A stretch of DNA of 64,000 nt from Torpedo marmorata. Taxonomy: Eukaryota. How positions within the stretch are numbered: position 1 is the first letter of the stretch; every line of letters begins with the position of its first letter. Location: NCBI GenBank assembly GCA_977017645.1, contig CDRNVU010001290.1:248001-312000 (forward strand), written 5' to 3'. The translations under genes were made by a program, and so were the position numbers. The notes below the pieces were generated by a model. It saw only the letters and a program-made list of their open reading frames with translations, made no database searches and was not told where the DNA came from. Positions 62,151 to 64,000 of this stretch are shown here, piece by piece.

Positions 62151-62409
62151 CCACGTACCAGGGAGGGAGTTCCGCCGCTCTTCCAGAAGTCTATGACCAT
62201 ATCCTTGCTCATGCTGACATTGGGGCAAATATCTGTGCCGATAGATCGTCTATTTATGTTCTGAACTCCGCTTCATGTTTGTTGGAGATGCACAAACTTG
62301 TGTGGCCACGTTACTGATGGTGATCGGCCTGCGGGATGTAAAATAGTGGATCCAATGCAGTGAGACCAACATTGGATTGGAGGAAGAAGATTATTGGAGC
62401 AACATAGGT

Positions 62410-63120
62410 CAGGTGACCTGAGGAGCGGCACCAGTTAGAATTTATAAATTTGCGAGGCAGCTGATTGAAGGAAAAAGCTGAGGATCACGATAAATGTGAG
62501 GGACTGCGTAGCGGAGCGGTCACCGAGGTAGCGGTCATCGTCATAGTGGACTGAGTCAGAGTGGTAAGACTGTGGCTCCACAGGCTTCGGCGAGAACAGG
62601 TAAGAATCGAGGGATAGTAGGAGTTGGAGTACGGAAAGGCAACACTTTTCAATGAAGAAAAGGGATTGAGCAGGTAGGCACAGGTAAGGTCAGGTTTTAG
62701 ATATCATTTATTTGGTTCCTCTTGTCATAAGCAATGGAAATGGCAGCCAAGGCAAGTGAATGCTCCCCTTGCAGAATATGGGCTGTCCAGGAAGCCAGCA
62801 GTATCCCTGACCACTTCATCTGCGAAAAGTGCATCCAGCTGCAGATGCTGACAAGCCGAGTTAAGGAATTAGAGCTTGTGTAGAATGATCTCCGGATCAT
62901 ACGGGAGGCAGAGGGGGTGATACACAGGAGTTACAGGGACACTGCCACACCAAGGAGGCAGGGAGAGGGTAGATGGGTGACAGTCAGGAGACGTAAAATG
63001 AACAGGCAGGGAGTGCAGTGCACCCCTGGACGTTGCCCTCAATGACAAGTATACCATGTTTGATACTGTTGAGTGGGGCGATCTACAAGGGACAAGCCAC
63101 AGCGATGAAGCCACAAGCCA
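62410..63120 (+). mobile_element. CR1 5'UTR and ORF1 N-terminal zinc-finger/coiled-coil fragment
   Basis: From 62740: MAAKASECSPCRIW...DHFICEKCIQLQMLTSRVKELEL..DLRIIREAEGVI...WVTVRR. Confidence 0.85.
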
Positions 63121-63369
63121 CACCTCCTCCGCAAACAGTGCATTAGGGTGCGCTTTTCGAAACGGTGTTAGGGGAGTATAGCTGAGCTGGATGAATACCG
63201 GAACAATCGCGAGGCTGGGGGCGTGATGGACTGTATATAAAAGAAAGAAAAACTTCTAGGCTTCCCGGCAACAGTGCTTATCGCGTGAACGAACCCAAAA
63301 CAAATTAATAACCAATCTTATTTGATTAACTTATCCTGACCCCAAATAATCTAAAAATAACCTGTTTTT

Positions 63370-64000
63370 TAAAAATGTTATACGTAATTTTCTCCAATAG
63401 ACAATCGACAATAGACAATAGGAGCTGGAGTAGGTCCTTCGGCCCGTCGAGCCAGCACCGCCATTTTACAGATAATGGAATCCAACTATTTTTTCTGTGG
63501 TCCATCTATCAATAGATAGTGGGGAATCTGACTTCCAAGTAGTCATTAAACACTTTCAAGCCATACAAAAAGCTATTCCCAAAAATATAATTTGATATCT
63601 GGTTAAGGTGTCCTTAATAATAGTAAAATTTCCCAAAAGGCATATCTCTGGATCTAAAATTAGAGTAACTCCAATATCTTTAGATAATATATCACAAATA
63701 TTATTCCAAAATTTTCTCAATTTACAGCACATCCATATTGAATGTAAAAAAGAATCAACCTCTGTTCCACATATAAAACACATCTCTGATAATTCTGGCT
63801 TAAATTTATGTAATTTCTGTGGAGTCAAATATTGATGACGAATATTTTAGGAGACCGATCTATAACGTACATTTATAGTAATTAACAAACTATACTGACA
63901 CAATTCTGTCCATATTTATTCAACAATTACTATACTTAAGTCTGATTCCCATCTTATCCTGGACTTATTATGTCCCAATGTAGGCTCTTGATCTTGTAGC
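63370..64000 (-). mobile_element. L1 ORF2 C-terminal fragment (runs off the window), interrupted by an ~80-bp CR1 3' end at about 63400-63478
   Basis: TPQKLHKFKPELSEMCFIC...HSIWMC and TTWKS; the insert has a (CAATAGA)n tail and ggagtaggtccttcggccc. Confidence 0.85.

Noticed and set aside
43289-64000. A fourth GPCR paralog or pseudogene
   Set aside because: No YYP..G/AxP first exon or CGLS/FDR/FREE motifs were seen by eye in this stretch; a tBLASTn search could still reveal degraded remnants.

Overview
Vertebrate genomic DNA, most likely a cartilaginous fish (inferred from HE1/V-SINE-type SINEs, dominant CR1 LINEs and the receptor family). It is not prokaryotic, and there is no CRISPR, rRNA or operon structure. 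The only clear host genes are three tandem, co-oriented (+) class A GPCR paralogs of the GPR139/GPR142/FMRFamide-receptor-like group. Each has a short coding exon 1 (missed by the ORF track), a phase-1 GT-AG intron in TM1 and one long exon 2. Paralog A has only exon 2 in the window (39-898); B is 15295-15364 + 17245-18113 (312 aa); C is 37876-37975 + 42387-43288 (333 aa). The rest is mostly decayed, nested retroelements: CR1, L1, Rex1/Babar, Penelope-like elements with hammerhead-ribozyme-like ends, a Gmr1-type Gypsy 3' end and V-SINEs. There are also DNA-transposon remnants, three minisatellites (34x82 bp born inside a CR1, about 11.6x63 bp, and a cryptic CpG-rich ~51-bp array) and five N gaps. 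The best candidate for an under-described system is the diversifying orphan GPCR array, possibly chemosensory; that function is inference only. TE boundaries are approximate and family calls come from motif recognition, not database searches.
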